The notes beneath the pieces were generated by a model. It saw only the letters and a list, made by a program, of their open reading frames with translations, had not been told where the DNA came from and did no database searches. Below, piece by piece: positions 17,148 to 27,754 of a stretch of DNA of 64,000 nucleotides. The DNA is taken from the NCBI GenBank assembly GCA_963666515.2, contig OY762897.2, positions 960,001-1,024,000 on the forward strand, written 5' to 3'. Origin of the DNA: Candidatus Binatia bacterium. GTDB lineage: Bacteria > Desulfobacterota > Binatia > UBA9968 > JAJDTQ01. Numbering within the stretch: the first letter of the stretch is position 1; the number at the start of each line of letters is the position of its first letter. Position numbers and translations under genes: made by a program.

Positions 17148-19082
17148 CTAACCTTGTTCGTAAAGGACCTCGCCGGTGCCCCCGGTATCGTAGCCGCCGA
17201 GAGATTCCATCGCCCGCCTGAACTCGTCGGAACGGAGCACCGCCAGCAGGGTGGCGCCGATATCCGATTCGTAGAAGGATCGCAGCAACAACAGGTCGTA
17301 CTGCTCGTCGCCCACCGGGATGAAGTCGAGATTCAGGGCATCGGCCGCGGAAAGAATCCCCAGCCCGGTGTCGGCGAGGCCGCTGGCCACCGCCACCGCC
17401 ACGGCCATGTGGGTGAACTCCTCGTGCTCGTAGCCCTGGATGCTGCTCGCTTCCATACCGAGCTGTCCGAGCTTGAAATCCAGCAGCACGCGGGTGCCGG
17501 AACCGGGCTGGCGGTTGACGAACCGCAGCCCTTCCTTGCCCAGGTCGGCTATGCCCGACAGCCCCCGCGGGTTGCCGCGCGGCACGAGCAGTCCCTGCCG
17601 GCGCTGGACGCAGTGCACCAGCACCACGGGCAGGTCCGGGACCACCCGTTTCACGTCCGGGACGTTGTAGGCGCCGGTGGCGGGGTCCAGCAGGTGGGTG
17701 CCGGCCATGTGGGTCTCGCCGCGGCGGATGGAATGCAGGCCGCCGAGGCTGCCGACGTTGGCGGTGGCGATCTTGAGCCGCGGGTCCCGGCGTTTGAGCC
17801 GGTCCTCCAGCACGCTGATGGAGAGGTCGTGGCTGCCGGTGCACAACACCGTGTGCTCGATCTCCTCCGGCGATCGCAACAGCTCGACGTCGACCTCCTC
17901 GCCGGCGTTGATCCCCTCCACCATGCCCGGGATGCGCAGGAAGCCGTCGGCCCGCACCATGGTGCTGATGACCCCGGCCCCGCGCGCCAGCGGCACGGCC
18001 ATGAGCCGGTCCTCGACCCTGCCGAGGGTGACCCGGACGAATTCCTCCAGGCCCAGCCGGGAGGGAATCTTTCGGGGCGCAACGGCGCGGGCCGTGGGAG
18101 GGGAGGCGGGGCCCGCGCCCAGCATTTTCCGCAGCGCCGGTTGAAGGATCTCGCGGGCGATGACGATGGCGGACACGGGGTAGCCGGGAACGCCGATGAC
18201 GGGTTTGCCGGCCGCGGCTCCCAGGACCGCGGGTTTTCCCGGCATGACCTCGATGCCGTGCGCCAGCAGCTCGCCGGCGCCGGCGATCACCTCCGCGGTG
18301 AAGTCGTGCTCGCCGGCGGACGATCCGGCGATGAGGGCGACCAGGTGGTGGTCCGGCAGGGCGTCGCGGAGGGCCTGCTCCAGCAGCGCCGGGTCGTCGG
18401 CGACCGCGGGAAAGACCTCCGGCGCGCCGCCGCACTCGGCGACCATGGCTCCCAGCACGGTGGAATTGAAGTCGATGATCTGCCCGGGCCGCGCCGGCGC
18501 TCCCGGAGCGGTAATCTCGTCGCCCGTGGGGATGATCGCCACCCGGGGCCGGGCCTTGACGCGCACCGTGGTATGGCCCGCCGCCAGCATGGCCCCCAGG
18601 TCGTAGGGCCTCAAACGGTGGTTGCGCGGCAACAGCAGCTCGGTCGCCACCACGTCCTCGCCTACCAGGCGCACGTTCTGCCAAGGGGTGGCGGCCTCGT
18701 CGATGGACACGGCGTCCCCGCCCTGGTCGCGCACCTTCTCGATCATGATCACCGCGTTGGCCCAGGACGGCAGCGGCTGGCCGGTGTCCAGCCAGGCGAA
18801 GCACCCTTCGGGGTGATCCTCGTCGGCAAGCAACCGGAGTTGCCGGGGCGCGAATTCGGTGGCCCCGAAGGTATCCTCCGCGCGCACGCAGATGCCGTCC
18901 ATGGCGGAGCCGTGGTAGTGGGGCGAGGAGATCCGGGCGAACACCGGCTCGGCGGTGATCCGGTGCAGGGCCTCGCCCACGTCCACCGTCTCGTCCTCCA
19001 GGCGCGCGCCGTCGACGCGGCCCAGGAACAACTCCCGCGCCTCGGTCAGCGGAGTCTTCTTGAGGTATCGTTTGCGTGCCAT
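17148..19082 (-). CDS. moeA: Molybdopterin biosynthesis MoeA fused to a PBP (LysR substrate-binding) domain
   Basis: SAMDG, IPTGDE, MPGKP, GVPGYPVS; C-terminal GSHD..VGSLGGL..FVNRQPGSGTR. Confidence 0.9.
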   Translation of the reverse strand: MARKRYLKKTPLTEARELFLGRVDGARLEDETVDVGEALHRITAEPVFARISSPHYHGSAMDGICVRAEDTFGATEFAPRQLRLLADEDHPEGCFAWLDTGQPLPSWANAVIMIEKVRDQGGDAVSIDEAATPWQNVRLVGEDVVATELLLPRNHRLRPYDLGAMLAAGHTTVRVKARPRVAIIPTGDEITAPGAPARPGQIIDFNSTVLGAMVAECGGAPEVFPAVADDPALLEQALRDALPDHHLVALIAGSSAGEHDFTAEVIAGAGELLAHGIEVMPGKPAVLGAAAGKPVIGVPGYPVSAIVIAREILQPALRKMLGAGPASPPTARAVAPRKIPSRLGLEEFVRVTLGRVEDRLMAVPLARGAGVISTMVRADGFLRIPGMVEGINAGEEVDVELLRSPEEIEHTVLCTGSHDLSISVLEDRLKRRDPRLKIATANVGSLGGLHSIRRGETHMAGTHLLDPATGAYNVPDVKRVVPDLPVVLVHCVQRRQGLLVPRGNPRGLSGIADLGKEGLRFVNRQPGSGTRVLLDFKLGQLGMEASSIQGYEHEEFTHMAVAVAVASGLADTGLGILSAADALNLDFIPVGDEQYDLLLLRSFYESDIGATLLAVLRSDEFRRAMESLGGYDTGGTGEVLYEQG

Positions 19083-19142
19083 GAACGTCCGTCCCCTACC
19101 GCGCCTGCATCACCCCGTGGGCGGGGGCAGGCTCCCGGCGCA

Positions 19143-20396
19143 TCAGAACAGCAGCACCTCCACCTCGTCACCCTGCTCCAGCCCCTCGCGGTTGAGGTCA
19201 ATGCGGACCATGCCGTCGGCCTTGACCAGGGTGAAGATGGCGCCCGACTTGCTCGGCAGCGGGGAGGCGAACAGGACGTCGCCCCTGCTTTCGAGCGTGA
19301 CCCTCACGTAGTCCTCGCGGCCGGTCTGCGACGGCACGTTGGTGTCGAGCACGGCGCGGACGCTCCTTCGCGGAAGCGGCGCCCCGGGGACGCGCTCGCC
19401 CTCCAGCGCCTGGATCAGCGGCGTCGCGAACAGGTCGAATATCACCAGGGCGGATACCGGGTATCCGGGAAGCCCGAGCACGGGTTTCCCCGCGGCCTCC
19501 GCGTAGATGGTGGGTTTGCCCGGGCTGACGGAGATGCCGTGAAAGAGGATCGTGGCGCCGGTCAGCGACCGGATGACCTCCACCGTCACGTCGCGCGTCC
19601 CCATGGAGCTGCCGCCGGACAGCAGCACCAGGTCTCCCCACTCCAGGCCTCTCGCCAGCGCCCGGCGCAAGTCGTCGGCGTCGTCGGCCACCACGCCGAG
19701 GTCGTTCAGCTCGGCGCCGCATTCGTCGATGAGCCCCGCCAGCGAGTGCTGGTTGATGTTGCGCACCTGTCCGGGGCGGGGCTCCCTTTCCACGGAAACG
19801 ATCTCGTCGCCGGTGGAGACCAGCGTCACCCGGGGTCGCCGGTAGACCGGCACCGACGCGATGCCGATGCCGGTCAGCGCGCCGAGGTCGTGGGCGCGGA
19901 GCCGCCGTCCCCGGGAAAAGACCGGATCGCCGGCCCGGATATCGTCGCCGACCCGGATGACGTTGTGCCAGGGAGAGGCGCTCCGCTGGATCTCCACCAT
20001 GCCGTCGCCGGTCTCATCGGCGTATTCCACCATCACCACGGCGTCGCTCCCCGGCGGGAGCATGCCGCCGGTGGAGATGCGCACGGTCTCGCGGGGGCCG
20101 ATCCGTCGGGTGGCCTCCTGACCCATCTCCACCGTCCCCGCGAGCTTGAGGTAGGCCGGCAACGCGGGCGCGGCCCCGAAGGTGTCCCGGGCCGCCACCG
20201 CGTAGCCGTCCATGGCCGCCCGGTCGAAGTGGGGCAGGTCCACCGTGGAACGGAGGTCGTCGGCCAGGACCCGGCCTCTCGCGTCGAGGGTAGCGATGAC
20301 CTCGGAATCCACGGGGTCCACCCGGCAGAGGATCGCCAGGGCCTCCGCCGGGGTCACCACCTTGAAGAACGCCTTGGGGTTGCTCGTCGTGTGCAT
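19143..20396 (-). CDS. moeA: Molybdopterin molybdotransferase MoeA (gephyrin-like)
   Basis: PHFDRAAMDGYAV, ISTGG, STGDE, SGGSSMG, SPGKP, GLPGYPVS. Confidence 0.92.
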   Translation of the reverse strand: MHTTSNPKAFFKVVTPAEALAILCRVDPVDSEVIATLDARGRVLADDLRSTVDLPHFDRAAMDGYAVAARDTFGAAPALPAYLKLAGTVEMGQEATRRIGPRETVRISTGGMLPPGSDAVVMVEYADETGDGMVEIQRSASPWHNVIRVGDDIRAGDPVFSRGRRLRAHDLGALTGIGIASVPVYRRPRVTLVSTGDEIVSVEREPRPGQVRNINQHSLAGLIDECGAELNDLGVVADDADDLRRALARGLEWGDLVLLSGGSSMGTRDVTVEVIRSLTGATILFHGISVSPGKPTIYAEAAGKPVLGLPGYPVSALVIFDLFATPLIQALEGERVPGAPLPRRSVRAVLDTNVPSQTGREDYVRVTLESRGDVLFASPLPSKSGAIFTLVKADGMVRIDLNREGLEQGDEVEVLLF

Positions 20397-20443
20397 CCCG
20401 TGAGTGGGGTACGGACCCCTGGGACCTGCGCCCCGGGGTGTCG

Positions 20444-21556
20444 TCACCGCTGCGCCAGCGGCACGTTGCCGAACTTCTCGCGGATCTCCCCGGCGATGTG
20501 CTCCAGCGCCTGCTCGCGCGTGTCGTAGAGGCGCTTCAACGCTCGCGGCGGGTGCTTGTTGACGGCGTAGGCGGTCATCAACGGCACGGCGATGGTGCTG
20601 TCCACGTAGCAGACCACCGAGTCGGGAAGCTGGTCGGGGTCCACCTTGCCCCAGCTCACCGCCTCCGCCGGCGTCGCTCCCGACAGCCCGCCCGTGTCTA
20701 CGCGCGCGTCGGTGATCTGGATGAAGTAGTCGAAGCCCTTCTCCTCCAGGCCGAGCACTTCCTGGATGTGAGGCTCGGTCTGGAGCAGGAAGTTCTTGGG
20801 CGATCCGCCTCCCAGGATGACCGCGGCGCTCCGTCCTCCGGCGCGCTTGGCCTCCAGCACCAGGGCGGCGGATTCGTTGACGTCGCGCGAGACGTCGAAG
20901 CGCAGGCCGTTGCCCTTCAAGGCCAGCGCGGCCACGTTCATGCCGATGGAACTGTCGCCGGGCGAGGAGGTGTACACCGGCACGCCGCTCCGGTAGGCCG
21001 CGGCCAGAAGCGAGCGTCGCTCCAGTCCCAGGATCTTCTCCCGCTCGTCCAGGTACCGGCCCACGCGGTGGTGCATCTCCGCGGTCCCCATCTCCTTCTG
21101 GAACTCCGGGGCCTTCAGGATCTCGCGGAAGAAGTCGTCGGTGGAGATGAGCACGTCGTAGTCGAAGAAGATGTCGTAGATGCGCACCACGCCCTGCTCG
21201 CGCAGGTCGACGTCGTCGGCGTCGAAGGCGCCCCGGTGCATGGTGAGGCCGATGGCGAAGTGGGTGTCGTGGTAGAGGTTCGCGCCGGTGCTGACGATCC
21301 AGTCCACGAAGCCGTTCTCGATGAGCGGAATGAACGCGGTCATGCCGAGCCCGGCCGGGGTGAGCGCGCCGGTGATGCTCAGTCCCACGGTGACGTCGTC
21401 CGCGAGGATCTTCTCGGTGAACAACTGGCACGCCTCGCGCAGCCGCCCGCTGTTGTAGGAGACGAAGTTGTCGTCGACGAGGTCCACGATGGTGGTGCCG
21501 GCGTCGATGGGCCTGGGATCGATCTTCCGGCCCGATAGGAGGGATGGCTTGCTCAT
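20444..21556 (-). CDS. Deoxyhypusine synthase-family protein (bacterial homospermidine biosynthesis-like)
   Basis: [40 protein letters not shown]. Confidence 0.9.
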   Translation of the reverse strand: MSKPSLLSGRKIDPRPIDAGTTIVDLVDDNFVSYNSGRLREACQLFTEKILADDVTVGLSITGALTPAGLGMTAFIPLIENGFVDWIVSTGANLYHDTHFAIGLTMHRGAFDADDVDLREQGVVRIYDIFFDYDVLISTDDFFREILKAPEFQKEMGTAEMHHRVGRYLDEREKILGLERRSLLAAAYRSGVPVYTSSPGDSSIGMNVAALALKGNGLRFDVSRDVNESAALVLEAKRAGGRSAAVILGGGSPKNFLLQTEPHIQEVLGLEEKGFDYFIQITDARVDTGGLSGATPAEAVSWGKVDPDQLPDSVVCYVDSTIAVPLMTAYAVNKHPPRALKRLYDTREQALEHIAGEIREKFGNVPLAQR

Positions 21557-21581
21557 GGCGTCATCGCAAGGGCTTCGGAGG

Positions 21582-22331
21582 TTAGTACCCCCCGGCGCGA
21601 GCCGCCTTGAGCCTGCTCTCCCGGATTTGCAGGTAGGCGTTCCGGACGGCGCTGTAAGGGTCGACGCTGCGCTCCAACTGCTCGTAGACCTTGTTGTTGA
21701 GGGAGCGGTTGTTGACGACGTCGGCGGCCCGGATGGACAAGGGCACATAGTAGGGAACGAAGTATCCCAGAGGATTCATGAACGAGTCGGCCGCAATGCC
21801 CACGCCGTCCCGGAACGTGGTCGGCCCAAGCAGCGGCAGCACGAGATAGGATCCGTGGCTGATGCCGTAGACGCCCAGCGTGATCCCCATGTCCTGATTG
21901 CTGGGCTCCAGCCCCAGTTTCACCGCCATGTCGAAAATGCCTGCGATGCCGACGGTGCTGTTGACGACGAAACGGGCCAGCTCACGGCTGGCGCTGACGG
22001 GCTTCCCCTGGAGCGTGTTGTTGACCACCTTTCGGACCACGTCGAGGTTGTGGATGGCATCGCGGACCCCTTTCTGCGCGGGCAGAGGGACGATGGAGCC
22101 ATAGGTGAGGGCCACGGGCTTCAGCAGGAACCTGTCGAAGGCGGCGTTGAACAGGAACATCGTTTCGTTGAACCACTCGACCCGGTCGTAGTGCTGGTCG
22201 CGCGTGCTCAGCTCCGCGGGGACGGGCGGGGCCTGCGCCGGCCCTTCCGCGGGTTCCACCTGGGAAGCGGCGGGTTGGACGACGCTCAGGTGGAGCAGCA
22301 GGACCAGGAGCGGCAACCGTGATTTTCGCAT
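21582..22331 (-). CDS. mlaA: MlaA/VacJ-family protein
   Basis: [57 protein letters not shown]. Confidence 0.88.
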   Translation of the reverse strand: MRKSRLPLLVLLLHLSVVQPAASQVEPAEGPAQAPPVPAELSTRDQHYDRVEWFNETMFLFNAAFDRFLLKPVALTYGSIVPLPAQKGVRDAIHNLDVVRKVVNNTLQGKPVSASRELARFVVNSTVGIAGIFDMAVKLGLEPSNQDMGITLGVYGISHGSYLVLPLLGPTTFRDGVGIAADSFMNPLGYFVPYYVPLSIRAADVVNNRSLNNKVYEQLERSVDPYSAVRNAYLQIRESRLKAARAGGY

Positions 22332-22473
22332 GAGTGTCGCGGGGGAGCGGAAGTTCTCCAAGAATAGCATTGCCGCCCTTGAAAGCAAGTTTCCGCCTGG
22401 TTTGAAAACCGCTCATCGATGGGATACCTTGGCGTTCGGGTTGCGCGCGCAACGCGCCAAGGAAAGCGGGACC

Positions 22474-23682
22474 GTGGAGAAGCCGAACATCGTCCTGGGC
22501 GTGACCGGGGGAATCGCCTGCTACAAGGCCTTGGAGCTGGTGCGGCTTCTGGTGCAGGACTCGTGTACCGTCCGGGTGGTGATGACTCGAGGGGCCGCGG
22601 AGTTCGTCACCCCGTTGAGCTTCCAGACCCTGTCGGGCGCTCCCGTGGCCACCGACCTCTTCGACCTGACCCAGGAGTCGGAGATCGGCCATATCAACCT
22701 CGCGGACGGCGCCGACCTGCTGGTGATCGCGCCGGCCACCGCCAACGTCGTCGGAAAGCTGGCCGCGGGCATCGCCGACGACCTGCTCACCACCGTGGTC
22801 CTGGCCACCCAGGCGCCTCTGCTGGTGGTTCCGTCCATGAACGTGCACATGCTGGCCCATCCCATGGTGCAGGCGAACCTCACGAAGTTGAGGGGCGCCG
22901 GCTACCACGTCATGGAATCGGACGCCGGCTATCTGGCCTGCGGCTACGAGGGCAAGGGGCGTCTTCCGGAACCGACGGCCATCGTCGAGGAGATCCGCCG
23001 GCTGCTAAGGCCCAAGGACCTGGCGGGCGAGAGGATCGTCGTCACCGCCGGGCCGAGCCGGGAAGCTCTTGACCCGGTCCGCTTCATCTCCAACCGGTCG
23101 TCCGGGAAGATGGGCTACGCCCTGGCGCGGGCGGCCGCACGGCGCGGCGCCCAGGTAACGCTGGTGAGCGGCCCCACTGCGTTGCCGGCTCCGGAAGGGG
23201 TGAGGACGGTGCAGGTCGTCACGGCCGAAGAGATGCGCGCCGCGGTCCTGGCCGAGTTCGATGCGGCGACCGCGGTGTTCATGGCGGCCGCGGTGGCGGA
23301 CTACCGGCCGCGTTCCGCGTCCGGCAGCAAGATCAAGCGGGGCGATGACAGCGTCCGCCTCGAGTTCGTCCCCAACCCGGACATCGTGGCGGAGTTGGGC
23401 GCGCGGAAGCGGCATCAGATCGTGGTGGGGTTTGCCGCGGAGACCGAGTCGCTGCTGGAAAACGCCCGGAAGAAGCTGCACCGGAAGAACCTCGACCTGC
23501 TGGTGGCCAACGACGTGACGCAGGAGGGCAGCGGCTTCGACGTGGATACCAACGCCGTCACGCTGCTGGACAGGGACGGCACGGTCACGCCGCTGCCGGT
23601 CATGAGCAAGGACGACGCGGCCGGCCGCATCTGCGACTGGTTCCTCCAGCACAAGAATCAATCCCAACGCCGCGGCGCCTAG
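22474..23682 (+). CDS. coaBC: Bifunctional phosphopantothenoylcysteine decarboxylase/synthetase
   Basis: LGVTGGIACYK, APATAN, LACG..GKGR, DPVRFISNRSSGKMG, GFAAET. Confidence 0.95.
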   Translation: MEKPNIVLGVTGGIACYKALELVRLLVQDSCTVRVVMTRGAAEFVTPLSFQTLSGAPVATDLFDLTQESEIGHINLADGADLLVIAPATANVVGKLAAGIADDLLTTVVLATQAPLLVVPSMNVHMLAHPMVQANLTKLRGAGYHVMESDAGYLACGYEGKGRLPEPTAIVEEIRRLLRPKDLAGERIVVTAGPSREALDPVRFISNRSSGKMGYALARAAARRGAQVTLVSGPTALPAPEGVRTVQVVTAEEMRAAVLAEFDAATAVFMAAAVADYRPRSASGSKIKRGDDSVRLEFVPNPDIVAELGARKRHQIVVGFAAETESLLENARKKLHRKNLDLLVANDVTQEGSGFDVDTNAVTLLDRDGTVTPLPVMSKDDAAGRICDWFLQHKNQSQRRGA

Positions 23683-23704
23683 GGCGACCGCGGGTCGCCC
23701 CTAC
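23681..23704 (-). repeat. REP-like palindrome, copy 2
   Basis: Reverse complement reads GTAG-GGGCGAC-ccgcg-GTCGCCC-t. Confidence 0.7.
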
Positions 23705-23798
23705 GGCATCCCACCTCCGGAGGGAGCGTTGCCATGCCCACGGGATTGTCGTAAACAGAAATCAGGCGCACAGTCGAAGGCGGTTTCACGGGAGCGAC

Positions 23799-24527
23799 AT
23801 GGATACGGTCGGGCCACGGCAGCATTTGGCGGTTGCGACAACCTCCCTCAGGAGTTGCCTGGAGCAGTACCGGGACGCCGGGATTCAGGTGCTGCCCGCG
23901 CGCACGACGGCTGCGCCCGCCGTTGCGCGGGAGGAGGCCGCCGCCGGTCACGGCGAGGCCGGGTCGGCTGCGGACCTGCGGCAACTCCGGGAGGTCCTCG
24001 GCGACTGCCGCCGTTGCGGACTGTGCCAGGGGCGCACGAACATCGTCTTCGGGGTGGGCAACCCCGATGCCGACGTCATGTTCGTCGGAGAGGGGCCGGG
24101 AAGGGACGAGGACCTTCAGGGAGAGCCTTTCGTGGGACGCGCGGGACAGTTGCTCACCGACATCATCACCAAGGGCATGAAGCTCCGGCGTGAGGACGTC
24201 TACATCGCCAACGTGGTCAAGTGCCGCCCTCCGCAGAACCGTGATCCCGAGCCGGACGAGGTCGCATCGTGCGAGCCGTTCCTCATCCGCCAGATCGAGC
24301 TGGTGAAACCGAAGGTGATCATCGCGTTGGGGAAGTTCGCGGCCCAGACCTTGGTGCGGTCCGCGGCGCCGATCTCCCGGCTGCGCGGACAGTGGCGCGA
24401 CTACCACGGCATTCGGCTGATGCCGACCTTTCACCCGGCCTACCTGCTGCGCAATCCAGGGGACAAGAGGCTGGTCTGGGATGATATCAAGAGCGTCCTG
24501 CGGGAGCTCGGGACCGCGGCGGCTTAG
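23799..24527 (+). CDS. Uracil-DNA glycosylase, family 4 (Fe-S)
   Basis: CRRC, GEGPG, PFVGRAG, NVVKCRPP, TFHPAYLLR. Confidence 0.93.
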   Translation: MDTVGPRQHLAVATTSLRSCLEQYRDAGIQVLPARTTAAPAVAREEAAAGHGEAGSAADLRQLREVLGDCRRCGLCQGRTNIVFGVGNPDADVMFVGEGPGRDEDLQGEPFVGRAGQLLTDIITKGMKLRREDVYIANVVKCRPPQNRDPEPDEVASCEPFLIRQIELVKPKVIIALGKFAAQTLVRSAAPISRLRGQWRDYHGIRLMPTFHPAYLLRNPGDKRLVWDDIKSVLRELGTAAA

Positions 24528-24530
24528 ACG

Positions 24531-25853
24531 ATGAGCAGGCGGTTGAAATCGGGCACGTGGTGGGTGTTGCTGTTGGCAGGCGTCGCCTGGATTGCCCTGA
24601 GCTCCGGAGGCGCCGCCCGTGAGTCGGCCCCCGGTTCCCACGTGAACCTCATCGTCATCGACGGCGGCATCAACCCGGCGGTCAACGACTACATCCGCGA
24701 GAGCATTCAGCGCGCCCACGAAGGCAAGGCCCGGGCGCTGATCATCCAGCTCGACACGCCGGGGGGGCTCCTGTCCTCCACCCGCTCCATCGTCAAGGAG
24801 ATGCTGAGCGCGCCGTTGCCCGTGATCGTCTACGTGGCGCCGAGCGGAGCGGGCGCGGGGTCGGCGGGCGTCTTCATCACCATGGCGGCCAACATCGCGG
24901 CCATGGCGCCCGGGACCAACATCGGCGCGGCCCATCCGGTGGCGGGCGGGGGCCAGGAAGTCAAGGGCGTCATGGGCGAGAAGATCGAGAACTTCACCGC
25001 CTCGTTCAGCGAGACCATCGCCAAGAGGCGCGGCCGCAACACCGATTTCGCCATCCAGGCGGTGCGCCGGAGCATTTCCATCACCGACGTGGAGGCCCTG
25101 GAGAAGCAGGTCGTCGATATCATCGCCACCGACGTGAGCGATCTCCTCAGGCAGGCCAGCGGCCGTGAGGTGGAGGTGGCCGGGACCAGGCGCACCCTCG
25201 ACTTCAACGGCGTGTCGGTGCTGCGCTTCGAGATGGGGCTGAAGCAGGAGATACTCAACATCCTGGCGCACCCCAACGTCGCCTACCTGCTGATGATGGC
25301 CGGCATCCTGGGCCTCTACATGGAGTTCTCGAACCCCGGGTCGCTCTTCCCCGGCATCGCCGGCGGCATCGCTCTCCTGCTGGCGCTGGCCTCGTTCCAG
25401 GTGCTGCCCATCAACTACGCCGGCCTGTTGCTGATCGGGCTCGGCATGTGTTTGCTGGTGGCGGAGGCGTTCCTGCCGAGCTTCGGGCTGCTGGGCATCA
25501 GCGGCGTGGTGTCTCTCGGCCTCGGCTCGCTGCTGCTGTTCGATGTCGAGGGATCGGACCTGTCGGTGGACCCCGCCATCATCCTTGCCGCAGTGGGCAC
25601 CCTGAGCGCGTTCGTGCTGGTGGTGACTTTCCTGGTGGTCAAGTCGCAGAGGCGGAAGGCGACCCTGGGATTCGAGGGGCTCATCGGCGAGTTCGGCGAG
25701 GTCCGGGAGCGTCTGGACCTCAAGGGCAAGGTGTTCGTGCACGGCGAGGTGTGGAACGCGCAGGGGGCGGAGCGGCTGGAGCCGGGCGACCGGATCGAGG
25801 TCGTCGGATACGACGGGATGATACTCAAGGTCAAACGCGCCGCGGAGGCGTGA
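24531..25853 (+). CDS. nfeD: NfeD-family membrane serine protease
   Basis: [25 protein letters not shown]-terminal [12 protein letters not shown]. Confidence 0.92.
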   Translation: MSRRLKSGTWWVLLLAGVAWIALSSGGAARESAPGSHVNLIVIDGGINPAVNDYIRESIQRAHEGKARALIIQLDTPGGLLSSTRSIVKEMLSAPLPVIVYVAPSGAGAGSAGVFITMAANIAAMAPGTNIGAAHPVAGGGQEVKGVMGEKIENFTASFSETIAKRRGRNTDFAIQAVRRSISITDVEALEKQVVDIIATDVSDLLRQASGREVEVAGTRRTLDFNGVSVLRFEMGLKQEILNILAHPNVAYLLMMAGILGLYMEFSNPGSLFPGIAGGIALLLALASFQVLPINYAGLLLIGLGMCLLVAEAFLPSFGLLGISGVVSLGLGSLLLFDVEGSDLSVDPAIILAAVGTLSAFVLVVTFLVVKSQRRKATLGFEGLIGEFGEVRERLDLKGKVFVHGEVWNAQGAERLEPGDRIEVVGYDGMILKVKRAAEA

Positions 25854-25890
25854 CGGACGCAGGCCCGTCACGCGGGCGCAGGAGAAACGC

Positions 25891-26655
25891 ATGCTCGAAA
25901 TAGGACCCGTTGCCATCGTGCTCATCATCGTCCTGGGGCTTGCCGTCAGCGGCATCAAGATCCTCAAGGAATACGAGCGCGGCGTCATCTTCCGCCTGGG
26001 GCGCATGGTGAACGCCCGCGGCCCGGGAATCATCTACGTGATCCCCTTCATCGAAAAGATGGAACGGATCGAGTTGAGGACCGTCACCATGGACGTTCCC
26101 TCCCAGGACGTCATCACCCGCGACAACGTGTCGGTGAAGGTCAACGCGGTGCTCTATTTCCGGGTGCTCGACCCCAACCGGGCGGTGCGGGAGGTGGCCA
26201 ACTACCTGTTCGCCACCTCGCAGCTCGCCCAGGTGACGTTGAGGAGCATCTGCGGCCAGGCGGAGTTGGACCAGCTCCTGTCGGAGCGGGAGCGCATCAA
26301 CGCCGACCTCCAGAGGATCCTCGACGAGCAGACGGACCCGTGGGGCATCAAGGTCGTCCTGACCGAGATGAAGCACATCGACCTTCCCGAGGAGATGCAG
26401 CGCGCCATGGCCCGGCAGGCCGAGGCCGAACGCGAGCGGCGCGCGAAGATCATCCTGGCGGACGGCGAGTTCCAGGCTTCGCAGAAGCTGCAGGAGGCCG
26501 CCACGGTCATCGCCAAGGAGCCCATGGCCATGCAGCTCCGCTTCCTGCAGAGCCTGCAGGAAGTGGCCAGCGACAAGAACTCCACCACCATCTTCCCGGT
26601 GCCGGTGGACCTGCTGACGCCGTTCCTGAGGAAGGCAACCGGGGACGACTCCTGA
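25891..26655 (+). CDS. SPFH/stomatin (slipin) family protein
   Basis: [33 protein letters not shown]; partner of nfeD. Confidence 0.93.
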   Translation: MLEIGPVAIVLIIVLGLAVSGIKILKEYERGVIFRLGRMVNARGPGIIYVIPFIEKMERIELRTVTMDVPSQDVITRDNVSVKVNAVLYFRVLDPNRAVREVANYLFATSQLAQVTLRSICGQAELDQLLSERERINADLQRILDEQTDPWGIKVVLTEMKHIDLPEEMQRAMARQAEAERERRAKIILADGEFQASQKLQEAATVIAKEPMAMQLRFLQSLQEVASDKNSTTIFPVPVDLLTPFLRKATGDDS

Positions 26656-26707
26656 CCTGACCCGTTGACCCGGAGCGGCCGGCGCGTGCCGGGTCCGGTC
26701 ATGCGCC

Positions 26708-27745
26708 ATGCTGCTGGAAGAACTGGCCTACGATCTTCCTGAATCGCTGATCTCCGCGTACCCCGCGAAGGATCGCGCGTCGGCGCGTCTCCTGGTGCTG
26801 GACCGGCGATCGGGCTCCCTCACCCACTCCGGTTTTGCCTCCTTGGGGGAGTTCCTTTCGCCGGGCGACCTGCTGGTGCTCAACGACTCCAAGGTGATCC
26901 CTGCGCGCCTCGAAGGGCGCAAGGAAAGCGGCGGCCGGGCGACGGTGCTGCTGGTGGAGCCCTTCGACGTCCAACGGGGACTGTGGCTCGCGCTGGTGGA
27001 CGCCTCCAAGAAGCCCCGGGTGGGCGGACGCATCGTGTTTGCCGGAGAAATCACGGCGACGGTGCTGGGAGATATGGGATCGGGCCGGTATGGCCTGCGG
27101 TTCGAGCCGCCGGAGCGTTTCCGGGAGGCGCTGGACGAGTTGGGGACGCCGCCGCTGCCGCACTACATCGAGCGGGTGCGGCGCGTGGAGGAAAGCGACC
27201 GAGACAGCTACCAGACGGTCTACGCCTCCAGCCCGGGTTCGGTGGCGGCGCCCACCGCCGGACTCCACTTCACGCGGGCGCTGCTGGACGAGCTGGCCGC
27301 AGGCGGCGTGGACAGCGTGTACGTGACGTTGCACGTGGGGTTGGGGACTTTCCGTCCGGTACGCGAGGCGGTGGTGGAGAATCACCGCATGGACGGCGAG
27401 TGGTACACGTTGAGCGGGGCCGCGGCCGAGCGCATCCGCCGGACCAGGGCGGCGGGAGGACGGGTGGTGGCGGTGGGTTCCACCACCACCCGCACGCTGG
27501 AGAGCATCGCCCGGCGCAAGGACAGGGTGGTTGCGGACTCCGGCATCACGCGTCTGTTCATCACCGGCGGCTACCGCTTCCGCGCCATCGACGCCCTCAT
27601 CACCAACTTCCATCTGCCGCGCTCGACGCCGCTGGCCATGGTGGCGGCGCTGGCCGGCCTCGACCTGGTGCGCCGCGCCTACGCCGAGGCCATCGACAAG
27701 GGCTACCGGTTCTACAGCTATGGCGACGCCATGCTCATTCTCTAG
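26708..27745 (+). CDS. queA: S-adenosylmethionine:tRNA ribosyltransferase-isomerase
   Basis: PLPHYI, YQTVY, AAPTAGLHF, TLHVG, TNFHLPRST, YRFYSYGD. Confidence 0.97.
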   Translation: MLLEELAYDLPESLISAYPAKDRASARLLVLDRRSGSLTHSGFASLGEFLSPGDLLVLNDSKVIPARLEGRKESGGRATVLLVEPFDVQRGLWLALVDASKKPRVGGRIVFAGEITATVLGDMGSGRYGLRFEPPERFREALDELGTPPLPHYIERVRRVEESDRDSYQTVYASSPGSVAAPTAGLHFTRALLDELAAGGVDSVYVTLHVGLGTFRPVREAVVENHRMDGEWYTLSGAAAERIRRTRAAGGRVVAVGSTTTRTLESIARRKDRVVADSGITRLFITGGYRFRAIDALITNFHLPRSTPLAMVAALAGLDLVRRAYAEAIDKGYRFYSYGDAMLIL

Positions 27746-27754
27746 CAGCGGGCC

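Noticed and set aside
17036-17221. Short ORFs over tRNA genes (also 45060-45269)
   Set aside because: They overlap clear tRNA cloverleafs
17154-20528. 1124-aa plus-strand ORF
   Set aside because: Antisense shadow of the two moeA genes, expected from high-GC codon bias; no recognisable motifs
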